Assembly: GCF_006345805.1 (NCBI RefSeq)
Contig: NC_043009.1
Span: 56,978,001 to 57,042,000 of the forward strand
From: Octopus sinensis
Lineage: Eukaryota
Reading direction: 5' to 3'
DNA: 64,000 nt
The notes beneath the pieces are model-generated. The model made no database searches, was not told the origin of the DNA, and worked only from the letters and a program-made list of their open reading frames with translations. Below, piece by piece: positions 12,371 through 25,849 of the stretch. The stretch's first letter is position 1. Each line of letters starts with the position of its first letter. Made by a program: the position numbers and the translations under genes.

Positions 12371-13850
12371 TTTTAAAAGAACAAAATAATAAAATGTTTC
12401 AAATTCTGTTTATTTACAATTTTATTTAGAAAAAAGAAAAAGGAAGAAAATTGTCTGGAACATAAAATCTGGGAATTGTAAGTTTTTCTGTATCATATAA
12501 ATATGGGTGCTACTTTGATATGTGATCAACTTAAAGGGCGATTAATTTGGGTTACTTTTTAGCTTACTTTTCAATTCTTAAAAACCCTTAAGATGTTCTT
12601 GCATTTTTAGCAAATGTTCACTTAATTCATCGTTAATTATTCAAATTTTTTAGTCCATACTTAGCATTGTAAGTGTATTTTTCCAAAAATTCTTACTGTT
12701 CTAATAATAATTATAAAACCACATTTCATTTGTGTTTTAGTAAATAAGAAACCCAGAATAACCATAATAAAAATAAGCGTGTAGATTACACAAGTTTGGC
12801 ATCTCCCTTTAAACTGTAAATCACACACCAAAGTAGCACCTAAATATGTTACATTATGGCTTGTATGCCATGGCCTTCTGTATCATAAAATATGTTATGA
12901 TTTGTTATCTTGTCCTGCTATATATTGTATATGTTCTTTGTTATACTTGTCTCTATCATTTATGTTATTGTTCATTATATCTCATCTCCCTGTTTGGATA
13001 AATGTTATTTGTTATATCTTATCAATATTTTATCTTATGGGTTATCAATACATATATCCCATCTTTTTGCCATCTTGTCTATGTTATCTTATGGCTTTGT
13101 AACTTGTAAAGAAACTATTCCAGTTTGCTGAGTAAACAACACTGGATCAGACGGATATAAAGAAGGCTGTCACTTGGAAAGATAGCTTCCACATTGAGAC
13201 ACAGTAAGGGGGCACAGCTTCCACATCATGACACAAAGGATGGTGAGCAAGAAGCAGACAGCACATGGTCATGGCTACTGAGAGGGTTTGCACATGGTGA
13301 CACAAGTTGAACTGGCTGTCAGGTTGAGACAAAATGGACTTCTGTAAGCTGACAGGCTAAAAGAGGGATGGCATAAAGTGGTTTGGAGCAAAAACACTTC
13401 CGCATGATGTGTGACATAGTGTCAGATGTGCATGAGAGAGACTGCCACATGAAGGAAATGTTGCTTGGAGGAAAACCAGTGGAATCATGTGAACACGACA
13501 TCAGCTAATGGAATTTCAGGAATGCAAATGCACAACAGAGATATAACATGAGTAATATCTTAAATTTAACAAAAAGTTAGTCGGTGTTTTACGTCAGACA
13601 TTTCTACACGAGGTGGGGCTTATTGAAAGAACATGCAACATTTTTGTTACCTTAGTTGTTCTGTTGCCTGAGGAGGTGGTAAGTGTTTTTCCTATAACAT
13701 AATGCATGTGTAATCACATATAAAATGCCTTGCATGTATAAAACTGCTATTGTTCATTCTTATAATTTTATTGTGTGTGTGTATGTATATATATATATAT
13801 ACATATATAAGAGGAAGGTGTGTACGTACGTCGCAAAATATGTATAAAAA

Positions 13851-14092
13851 ATATATATAAAAATACAAAATGGGACAAGAACGCAAAACATTCAAATAGA
13901 CGACACAAAAAACGGATGGGTCGTTTGAAGCCTTTAATCTTCAGTCAAGAACCAGATCATCCTCGCAATTTCGGCTGATGAGGATGATCCGGTTCTTGAC
14001 TGAAGATTAGAGGCTTCAAATGACCCGTCCGTTTTCGTATTGTCTATTGGAATGTTTTGCGTTCTTGTCCCATTTTGTATTTTTATATATAT
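13851..14092. repeat. long palindrome: arms of about 114 bp, 15-nt spacer
   Basis: 13851-13964 is the reverse complement of 13980-14092, with about 8 substitutions and 1 indel by manual alignment. Confidence 0.92.
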
Positions 14093-14561
14093 AGTTATTC
14101 TACCAATTATATACGTTTTTATTACTTTTTATGCAATTTACTTCATCATTGATATTTTATTATTTTAATATTTCTATTATATGTAATTTTCTAGATGGTG
14201 TAATTTAATTGTTCATTTTGAATTGATAAAAGGTGGTTTTTTTTCTAATTTATATACATATATATACACACGCAATCATTTTCACACTGCTAATGCTCGG
14301 AAGATCAGAAACAAATGATATTGCTTATATGATGATGACACTATGACAATCAGGTGAAGTCAAGACAAGGAGACACACACACTTTATAGGTTCCTTTCAG
14401 TTTACATCTTCCAGAACCACTCACAAGGCTTTGATCAGCCCTGGGCTACGGAAGAAGATACCTGTCCAGTGTGTCATACACCAGGACTAAATCTGAACCA
14501 AGTGGTGTGGGAGCAAAATTCTTAACCGCACATCCATGCCAGTAACTAGACACATGACAAT

Positions 14562-14592
<31 letters not shown>

Positions 14593-15676
14593 TATGTTTT
14601 ATATATATATATATATATATACATGCATACATATATCTGTATAAATATACCTGTGTGTGGTGTGTATGTATATATATATATTTAATAAATGATGCAGATT
14701 TGGAGACTTGCATTCAGGACTGAGTTTCTGTTTCACTGATACAATAATTGTTGCATTTTTTCAGCTGTCATAAGCCCAGTGCCCATGGCAACATCAGTTA
14801 CACACACACTCATTCATTTTCAGTTTCTAATTGGCATCGTAAGATATAAGCTTCCTTTACACTGATACACACACACACACACACACATCCACATGAGCAT
14901 ACTAACAGACATAGAAGAAAAAACAGTAAAAGATGTACAGTGTAGATAGACATATTAAAAGATGAGATAAATAGTTAAGACATCTTAGCTATTACAGTCA
15001 TCAAAATAACTAATTTCTTACTTTGTAACCACGTGGCTTCAGGTTCAATCTCACTGCATGGCACCTATGACAAATGACTTCTACAGCCTAAGGTCAACAT
15101 TTTGTGGGTGAATTTGGTAGGCAGAAACTGTGTAGAAGGCGGTGAGCTGACAGAAACTTTAGCTGTCAAAATGCTTAGCAGTATTTCGTCTGTCTTTATG
15201 TTCTCGATAAATTAAGTACCAGTTATGCACTGGGGTCGATGTAATCAACTTAATCCCTTTGTCTGTCCCCTCTATGTTTAGCCACTTGTGGGCAGTAAAG
15301 AAATAAGAAACTGTGTAGAATCCTATCGCGTGTGTCCATATATATATATATATATATACACACACATAATTTGCCACTATTAGCCCAGTGACAGATTAGA
15401 AAGCATATTTGAAGTCTTTCTTCTCCCTTTCTGTATGTATATATATATATATATATATATCACATACATAGAGCACATAACAACTGGTGTTGATTTGCTT
15501 ATATCCTTGTGACTTAGCAGTTTGGCAAAAGACACCAACAGAATAAGTACCAGCTTTAAAAAATATGTACTGTGGTTGATTTGTTTGAATAAACACTTCA
15601 AGGCTGTGCCCCAGCATGGCCACATTCCCATGACTGAAGCAATAAGAAGAAAAAGTAGTCCTACAATGGAGATAGA

Positions 15677-15682
15677 TTTATT
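15677..15682 (-). promoter_or_regulatory. candidate polyadenylation signal for SLC4A11
   Basis: AATAAA on - about 190 nt downstream of the stop; use unproven. Confidence 0.3.
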
Positions 15683-15869
15683 CTTAAAATGTAAATTTAA
15701 AAAAAAAAGATTAAAATAATTAAAAATTATAAAATAAAATAAAATTCTGAATGGCAGACAGAGAGACACGCTTATAAATGGCTGCAATGTACTTTATCCA
15801 AGTGAATTTGGGCTCCTGGTCAGTTACTGAATGCTGGTCATCAAAGTGGGAAGTGAAAGCTATCGTCCT

Positions 15870-15930
15870 TTAATTACCATCCATTGCTTTCAAAAACTTG
15901 TCGTTAATTATGTAAGGAATAATTTTATGT
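15870..15930 (-). CDS. SLC4A11: SLC4A11 last coding exon ([19 protein letters not shown])
   Basis: tttcag|A CAT AAA...AAT TAA; resembles the human C-terminus YILLPRIIEAKYLDVMD. Confidence 0.9.
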
Positions 15931-18900
15931 CTGAAATAAAAAAAAGATAATTATGAAGATGTACTTGCATATCGTGTGCTGAAACAAAAACAATTGCAGC
16001 GTGGAAAGTATTTATAAGCCATTTAAAAACACACAAAAACTGTTAGATTCACTTCAACATTTAAATTTAATTTGTCAAAATATTTTCATCACTTTGAAAC
16101 TGCAACTGAGAAAATGATGCAGCACGGAACTTTGTCAGCGAACATGTCACAGTTTCAAAGCAACAAGAATATTTTGACAAATTAAATTTAATGACTGAAA
16201 CAAGTAAAAGGTAACTGCTTCAAATTTTGGCACAAAGCCAGCAATTTGACAGTGAGGACAGTAATCAGTTAAATAGGCTCCAGTACTTGAATGGTACTTT
16301 ATTTTTGTCAACCTGAAAAGGACAAAAGGCAAAGTTGCCCCTGGAAGAATTTGAACCTAGTATAGAGAGAGCTGGAAGAAATGCTGCTAAGCATTTTGTC
16401 CGACACACTAACTAAATGTAAAGTAATAGTAGTAGTAGTATGGTGGGGAGGGCCTGTGTTGTAACAGCACGTTGGAACATCCATATGTTAGCGATTCCCT
16501 TACTCCTGGCATATGACATCTTTGCACCACTCAAGCGACAACCCATGGGTCTATTTGGGGGCTCATTGTTGCGAGGAGTTTTACAAGGTCAGGAAGCAAA
16601 TTCTCCCTCAATGCCTTTTAGTTTCCTTTTATGACATGCAGAGGGTTTATCTTTAACTTGCCAGAACCCCGCCCACACATACAGCACAAAATGTAAAATA
16701 ACCTTTTCTACTCTAGGCACAAGATCCAAAATTTTGGGGGAGGGGGGGCCAGTTGATTAGTTCGACCCCTGTATGCAACTGGTACTTAATTTATTGACCT
16801 TGAAAGGATGAAAGGTAAAGTCAGCCCTGGGGGAATTACAAAATCTAATATAATGTAATAAAACTGAAATCTGTAAAATTAGCTTGTGTGTTTGTGAAAA
16901 TAATCCTTAACTTACCTGACAGGTATGAGTCCAAATATTAAAACCGGGAAAAACATCTTTAAATAAGGATATGGTGCAAAACCAAATATGCAGAGAATGA
17001 CTAACTGGAGCACTTGCAGCCCTGTGAATAAATGCATCTTCCTTTGCGGAACTTGTCGAATGAAATGGTTTGGTGGATAGGCAGACTGAAAGAAAAGCAT
17101 AAAAAACAGACGGTCAATCAATAAGTCTGGAGTTCTCTGTGGCATAAGATGCAAGTCCCTCTGGACATCACTGTCTCTGGTCCTTGGACTTATAAGATTG
17201 ATTACCGAGTTACCATGGTGAATAAACTAGTAAAATCACAGCATCCTCCCTGAATGGAACACCAGTTTGTTGCAGGGCTGGTCATTTACTAGCAGAGTTG
17301 ACTTGAGCAATGTGAAATGAAGTGTTTTGTTCAAGGATACAACACACCACCCGCTCCAAGAATCAGAACCATGATCTTATGATCAGGAGTCCAACACCCT
17401 AACCACTAAGCCATCTCCTTTGGTGACATTCACTATCTACTTAACACTACCACCTTTCATTGCAATCTTAAGGGACCAAGTTCTGTTATATACAATCGAC
17501 TCTTTTTTTCCCCCTTCTTTACGCGATATGCTCTACCACAAGCTAAATCCTTTCCATACAATATACATTGTGCCAGGAAGGACTGAGGCTTTCTCTACAT
17601 CAGAGTCAACTGAGAAAACTCAAGCAAACAAGGGACAGGGAGTAATTATAGAGGTTTCTGAGTGATTACTGAATCTGCTAATCATAGCAGCAAAATCTGT
17701 ATCACCAAAAGTCACATTAACTAATGTAGTCCTAGATAAACTGTCAGAAATTTTTGGGGAAATTTTCAAAAAATTTTGGGGTAAAATTTCCGAAAAATTT
17801 TAGGTGAAAATTTTCGAAAAATTTTTGGGTAAAATTTTGGGTGAAAATTTTCGAAAAATTTTTAGTGAAAATTTTCGGAAAATTTTTGGTAGAATTTTCG
17901 AAAAATTTTCGTTGAAAATTTTCGGAAAATTTTTGGGTAAAATTTTCGAAAAATTATTATAGGTAAAAATTTTCGAAAAATTTTTGGGTAAAATTTTCAG
18001 TGAAAATTTTCGAAAAGTTTTCCGTGAAAATTTTCGGGTAAAATTTTCGGTGAACATCTTCGAAAAATTTTGGGGGAAAATTTTCGAAAAACTTTTGGGT
18101 AAAATTTTCGGTGAAAATTTTTGAAAAATTTTTGGGTAAAATTTTCGCTGAACATCTTCGAAAAATTTTTGTGTAAAATTTTCGGTGAAAATTTTCAAAA
18201 AATTTTTGGGTAATCACTACAGACCATCAAACCACAGATGACCAACTCTACAGCCCCAAAATTGAAAAGTTGTCTTACCTGTTCAGTAAATAGAAGACAG
18301 AATCGCTCAAACATTTGGTTATCATAGAGGGACGTCACAGCTACAAAGAGGAAGAGTCCATAAAGCACGGGGTTTGGTATATAAGCCAGGTAATTCAGTA
18401 TCAATACAGAAAGTCCAATTAGGATATGAGAAAATATAGCTGTCAACCGGGTTTCACGTACATGCACAATCCTGAGGGAGAGAAACACAGGTATATAATA
18501 TTTTGGACATACAGACAACAAAGAGAGTAACATGAAAGGCATTTAACTTGATTTGCTTGAGACTAAACCCTTCAAAGCTGGGCCCCAGCATGGCTCCAGA
18601 CGACTGAAATAAGATATATATATATATATATACATAATTAAGAGACAGAACCTCCATCAAAGTAATTCAATTCATAGTGAAAGATATTATCTATAATAAA
18701 ATATAAATTCAAATATATTATTAATATTGTAATGAAAATTACTATACTAAATAATACACATTAAATCGATGATGCGCGTTTCGTGACCATATATTCGAAT
18801 CAACAATTTCTACATCGATAATCTTGAAAATTACCATTAATTCGATCCAATATTTATGTGTGGGTGTGTAACGATAAAAATTTGTTGTTATAACTGCATG

Positions 18901-19762
18901 TTTTAGGATGTGAAAAATGGACAATGCATGAAGTTTTAAGAAAATTTTTATTTAACATTACTTTGCCTTGACGGGCAGGTGATAAAAATGGTAAATCATG
19001 TTAAGTAAAGATAGATGTAGATTTTCCTGGCATAGTTTGTGTTTGTGTTCTCGTCATTGTTTAGTAGTAATTACAGAGAGATAGAATGATGTTGTAAGAG
19101 AACAGAATTAGATCTAGTGAGATGTTGTCTTTCTTTTTCCCTCTGGCCGTTTTATCTGCCTGCTTCCATGATTCTAGTGGTCAGTTCACTAGCTGATGTT
19201 AGCTCTCTCTCAACTCACGAGTTGTGACCAAAATGACTGTCTTTTACTTGTGGGTTCTTATTTTTATAACTATCCAGAAGGATAAACATATCGTTCAGAA
19301 CAATGGGTTTCATCGGTGGTATTGTGATATCGCTATTCTAGCTTTTGGTGAAGTAGAAGAGGTTATAAGGGTCAAGTGGTGAAGATATTATTTCGGCCTA
19401 GCTAAAGGCAATCTGGCAAATGTAAAACTGCTGTCACAGAAAAAAAAAACATTGTTCCACCGTTAGAAAAGTTCTGTTGAAGTGTTAATTTAAATTTGGC
19501 TATGGTGAATCAAATCCACTTCATGCTTGCAAGATTCATATATATATATATATATTGAGAAGGATTTTGCTATTTAAGCAATCAGTAAAACATACACTTT
19601 TCAGCTTGAAAACAGCTACTTGAAGCTCAAAACTCATATCAGAGTAACTCACTAAACTTGTTATTAAGATTAAAATAAAGATTATCCCCTCAAAAAAGCC
19701 ATCTCTACTCATTCTTTCAAATCTATATAATACTTGTACCAAGAACTTACTCTGTATTATTC

Positions 19763-19805
<43 letters not shown>

Positions 19806-20030
19806 CATACACATACACACACACATACATACATATATACACATCATATTGAAGATATTTATTGCTGGAAGGCACATCATATTTCGTTTAGCAATTGTGA
19901 TATACTACGAAGTATATTGAAGGTTTATAAGTTTTACCTTTTTTTGTTAGCAGTGCAATTCAATCACTTTTAAGCTACCTTTACAGATCGTCTATAGGAT
20001 TTAGAACCAGCACTGAAAGCTACCTAATTG

Positions 20031-20063
<33 letters not shown>

Positions 20064-20601
20064 AAAGCTAACACTTCCTTTCTCCAAGCTTAGGTTTGAA
20101 ACCAAATGTAAAGATTCTTGCTCATCTGAGCCTCCACTGTCAAAACATGATATATCGTCTCCCTTTGACCTACGACCTCAGCTATGTCAGGTGAAGTTCA
20201 AATGGACAGGAGCTGACTATTTAGACACAATCTCTCTTGCATTATGTCTGTCTTTCTAGCTGCCAGGGCTGTTTGTTATAAATACCGTGGTCAGCAAAGG
20301 GACAGGCAGAAAGGACCTGGGACAAAGATAGAGCGGACAAGATAGCTGACCAGTATTTTCTCAGATGAACAATGCACACACAGACACAAGACATATTCAG
20401 TTCTACCACATCATATCACAGATGTATCCTGCTGTTTTTATTCTTCTCAGCTCATAGCAGTTGTAAACAAATACATGTAGTGAAAAATTGTGTATACCAA
20501 CAGCAGATGCAAGTCCTGTAAATGTTATTCATTATTTACTTCGAAGGCATCCACATGCCTATCACATCTGTTTACCTCCACATATTCCAATACACCTTTT
20601 C

Positions 20602-20689
<88 letters not shown>

Positions 20690-21843
20690 ATGGATATGTA
20701 TATATACCAATGAAAAGAAGAAGACAAAGAAGATTGTCAAGGTGATATGGATTCCTCTGATGAGAACCCGATAAGGTTCAAGAATCAATTAAGGTTGTCC
20801 ATTTTAAAAGGCACAGGAGTGGCTGTGTGGTAAGTAGCTTGCTTACCAACCACGTGGTTCCGGGTTCAGTCCCACTGCGTGGCACTTTGGGCAAGCATCT
20901 TCTGCGGGCCGACCAAAGCCTTGTGAGTGGATTTGGTAGACGGAAACTGAAAGAAGCCCGTCGTATATATATGTATGTGTGTGTGTTTGTCCCCCCAACA
21001 TCGCTTGACAACCGATGCTGGTCTGTTTACGTCCCCGTAACTTAATGGTTTGGCAAAAGAGACCGATAGAATAAGTACTAGGCTTACAAAGAATAAGTCC
21101 TGGGGTCAATTTGCTCAACAATTTGCATGGCTGCAGTCAAATGACTGAAACAAGTTAAAGAGTAAATAATGGAGATCTACATGTTCAGAATCTAGACACA
21201 TGGTTCCCACATGTATATTACAGACTGAACACTACTCCAAATGAAATACTGTGGTCAGTGATAACGGCTCTCACCTTCATATTTTGCACAGATGATATAA
21301 TAATAATACAGAGGTAATATTATTCAAAATGTATGGCAACTCTTAACTGAAGCAAAGAGGTGATAGTTAACAGTAAGAGACTGTTCATATTTTAATATTA
21401 CACTGTAATACATTGTTAATACCACAATTCATTGTTTCAGTATTATACATATTTACAACATATTGCAAAAACAAACTGAAATGGTTTATTAATTACGTCA
21501 ACCAGAAATAGGTTCCAGTGGTAGATGCAGGGATGGCTGTATGGTTAATAACTTTGCTTTTCCACTACATGGTTCTCGGATCAATCCCAAGGTGTGGCAC
21601 CCTGGATAAATGTTTTCTACTAGAGCCCTGGGTCAACAAAAAAGTGGATTTAGTAGATAGAAACTGAAAGATGTATATGTGTGTGTGTCTTTGTATTTGT
21701 CTTCTACCACTGCTTGACAATCGATGTTAGTTTGTTTACATCACCATAACCTAGCAGTTCAACAAAAGAGACCAATAGAATAAGTAATAGGCTTTAAAAT
21801 AAGTACTGTAGTCAATTCGGTTGACTAAACCATTCAAGGCAGT

Positions 21844-21931
<88 letters not shown>

Positions 21932-24789
21932 CAAGATATAAGAGTTTGGTAGGAATTGAACTTATGTTTCACTGTTCACTCCTGTTAACCAACAATAATT
22001 TTAATTTAATATGCATTGATAGTTAAATCCAATTCTGGCATTCTTTCTTCTCTCTCATTCATTTAAATTCACACACACAAATAGATGTGCACATATGTTC
22101 AGACACATACACAAGCATACACACACAAGCACACAAATACACAGAGAGACAACTTGAGACAGACAGGCAGCAAAAACTGACCACTTATTTAAGGAGAAAT
22201 GTCAGATCAAACAACCGAATCTCAAATAAAAGATCAAAGGTAAGAAACAAAGGCAGGATCAAAATACCAAAGATCAAATCAAAGACCAAATACCAAAATA
22301 ACAAAGTTCAGACAAAAGACCAAAGTACCAAAGACCAGATGAAGGATTAAAAAGAATATAACTATCACCAGACCAAAGATCAAACCAAAGACTAGATCAA
22401 AGACTGAATCACAGTAGCAAAGAAAGAAAAAAAACACAGAACAAAGAATGAGAGATCAAACAAAAATAACAAGACGAAAGGTAAGACCATAGATCAGAAC
22501 AAAGACCAAGATCAGAACCAAAGATTAGACCAAAAAGCTAAAAATCAGACCAAGGTCCAAAGAAACAATGACCAAATGAAAGACTAGACCAAAGATGAAA
22601 GATCAGACCAAATTACCATAGACCAAATATTCAAACATTAGACAAAAGATGGAAAAATTAGACCAATTATTCAAAGATTAGACCAAAGATAAAAACCAAA
22701 GACTAGACCAATAACCAAATCAAAGACAAGGAACTAGACCATAGAATTAAATGAAGTTGTTACTTACGTTCGATAGACATGACCCTGATCTACTCTCTCT
22801 TCTACGTCTGCCAGGGCCAGGACATGAAGTGGGGAGTGTGGTAGAGCAGCATGCAACCAGGGGAAGGCAAATATGGAGAGAATACCATTGATAACACCAA
22901 CCACAAACAGATCCCAGTGGTAGGCTGTGCCTTTTTTCATTCTGATGGAGAGAAATAGCAACATATCAGTGATATGATAGAGAAATGAGTCAACTTCTCA
23001 GAGATTAAACGTTATAGCATGGTATAAGGTCAATAGGTCAACATATATCAAGCGTCTAACAAGGCAGAAAGCCAACATGTCATTGATAAAAGATTCAATA
23101 TTTTCATGCATCACAGATCAATAGTGTCAGTATCATAATATATGACAGACCAAGTGTTGATATCACAGTGTATGATAGGCCAATAGCGTCGATATCACAG
23201 AGTATGACAGACCGATAGTGTCAATATCACAGTGTATGACAGACCGTCAGTGTCAATCTCACAGTGTATGACAGGCTGATAGTGTCAATATCACAATGTA
23301 TGACAGACCAATAGTGTCGATGTCACAATGTATGACAGACCATTAGTGTCAATCTCACAGTGTATGACAGGCCAATAGTGTTGATATCACAATGTATGAC
23401 AGACCAATAGTGTCGATGTCACAATGTATGACAGACCGATAGTGTCGATGTCACAATGTATGACAGACTGATAGTGTCGATGTCAATGTATGACAGACCG
23501 ATAGTGTCAATTTCACAGTGTATGACAGACCAATAGTGCTGATATTACAGTGTATGACAGACTGATAGTGCTGATATTACAGTGTATGACAGACTGATAG
23601 TGCTGATATTACAGTGTATGACAGATGAATAAAAATCAGTATTTAAAAGATGACAAATCAAAAAAAAAAATCAATATTTTAATATATGATAATCCAACAG
23701 GATCAATATTTCAGTGTATGAAAGATCAATGGTATCAATATTTTCATGTATGATAAATCTTGTGCAAGTGCTTCTTAGTAAAACCTCAAGTCAACCCAAA
23801 ACCTAGTGAGTGAAGCTGTTTAGGTGTCCATCAGATTGATTATTCTATAATTCAAAAGGTAAGGCCTTGCCACATATTGTGTTATGCAGATTCATCTTGA
23901 GAATTAATTACATTATAATTACATGTGTCACTGGAATAGTCAACCACGTGCATATTAATTTAATGAGCCAGATGGTCAGCTGTGTCAACCAACTGAATAT
24001 TTGTTGTTGAAATCAATGGTGGATCGATGATGACAATCATCATCATCACCACCACTACTATCATCAACATCATCAGTGTCCTGTGTCCACTTTTCTATGC
24101 TGGCATGAGTTGGACAGTCCTGTCTGAGGCAGTGCTTTACAGCCTGATGCTCTTCCTGAGCTCGTCCCTTCTAGACCCTTCTTACAACATGCAGAAACAT
24201 GGCGTACCTAGTCTGAAAGGATACTTATGGTAACGACTCCAAAGTGAAGTCCATGTATACATACATACATACATACACAGACTTCTACAAGGACAGAGAC
24301 TTACTCTGAAGTTTCAGACTCTGTTAGCCTCCATCAGAATGCCAGCTTCCGTAAGACTAAAAGGCCGAAACTTTGAAGTCACTGTCAATAAAATTCTTGT
24401 TTAAGAATAAATTATGTACGCAACAAAAAGCATTGAGAAAGCCTTCAGTTTAATGTAAAATTGCTTTTATTATAGCTCAATATAAAATCAAGCATATATA
24501 TATATATACATATATATATATATCACGTGACCGACCAGACCATCAGATGTTGCTACACATCGCTGGTCACAATGCATTCACATTGTTTTAGCCTTCGAAT
24601 GACACCACCCCGCTGGCTAAGCAAGCAGGCCAACAGAAGAAAGAGTGAGAGAAAGAGTGGTGAAAGAGTACAGCAGGGATCACCCCCGGAGCTTCGTGGA
24701 GCTTTTAGGTGTTTTTGCTCAATAAACACTCACAACCGCGATCCTACGACTGCGAGTCCGCTGCCCTAACGACTAGGCCATTGCACCTC

Positions 24790-24831
<42 letters not shown>

Positions 24832-24947
24832 GGCACAGGCATAGCTGTGTAGTAAGAAGCTTACTTCCCAACCACATGGTTCCAGGTTCAGTTCCAGTGT
24901 GGCACCTTGGGTGAGTGGTCTTCTACTATAGCCTCAAGCCGACCAAA

Positions 24948-25018
<71 letters not shown>

Positions 25019-25815
25019 ATTTGTGTGCATATGTTTGTGTTTGCCACACCACCATTGCTTGAAAACTGATGCTAGTGGGTTTATGTCCTCCTAACTTAAC
25101 AGTTCAGCAAAAGAGACCAATAGAATAAGTATTAGGCTTACAAAGAATAAGTGCTGGATCAATTTCTTTGACTAACTCCCTTTAAGGCAGTGCTCCAGTA
25201 TAGCTGCAATCAAATAACTGACCTTGCCAAAACTGGCCTCGCCTGTGCTTGTGCTACATAAAAAGCATTAAATCCACTCTGCTGAGTGGTTGATGTTAGG
25301 AAGGACATCCAGCTGTAAAAATCCTACCAAAACAGTCACAGAAGTTTGGTGCAGGCTTCTGCTTGGCCAGTTCATGTGAAACCGTCCCACCCATACTAGC
25401 ATGGAAGGCAGACGATGATGATGATATATATCATCATCATCGTTTAACATTTGTTTTCCATGCTAGCTTGGGTTGGACAGTTTGATTGAGGACTGGCAAG
25501 CTAGATGGTTGCACCAGGCTCCAATCTGATCAGGCAAGGTTTCTACAGCTGGATGCCCTTCCTAGCGCCAACTAGTCCATGAGTACAGTGGGTGCCACCA
25601 GCATGAGGGCCAGTCAGGCGGTACTGGGAACGGCCATGCTCAAATGGTGTTTTTTATGTGCCACCTTCACAGGAGACAGTCCAGCAGTACTGGCAACAAC
25701 CTCGCTTGAATGTTGTTTTTCACGTGCAACCGGCACAAGCACCAGTAAGGTGAAGCTGGTAATGATCATGCTCAAATAGTGCTTTTTATGTGCCACACAT
25801 ACATATATATGTATA

Positions 25816-25849
<34 letters not shown>

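Noticed and set aside
13976-14020. Hammerhead core (CTGATGAG / CTGAAGA) in the long palindrome
   Set aside because: No stem II followed by GAAA can be built after either heptamer.
17800-18217. ORFs with KNFSKIF repeats
   Set aside because: Minisatellite translation inside an intron.
20137-20501. Second solo LTR (TATAAATA near 20276)
   Set aside because: The termini are ambiguous, with no TSD and no second copy in the window.
23110-23625. CRISPR-like 32-nt repeats
   Set aside because: Units are contiguous with no unique spacers, there are no cas genes, and the context is a eukaryotic intron.
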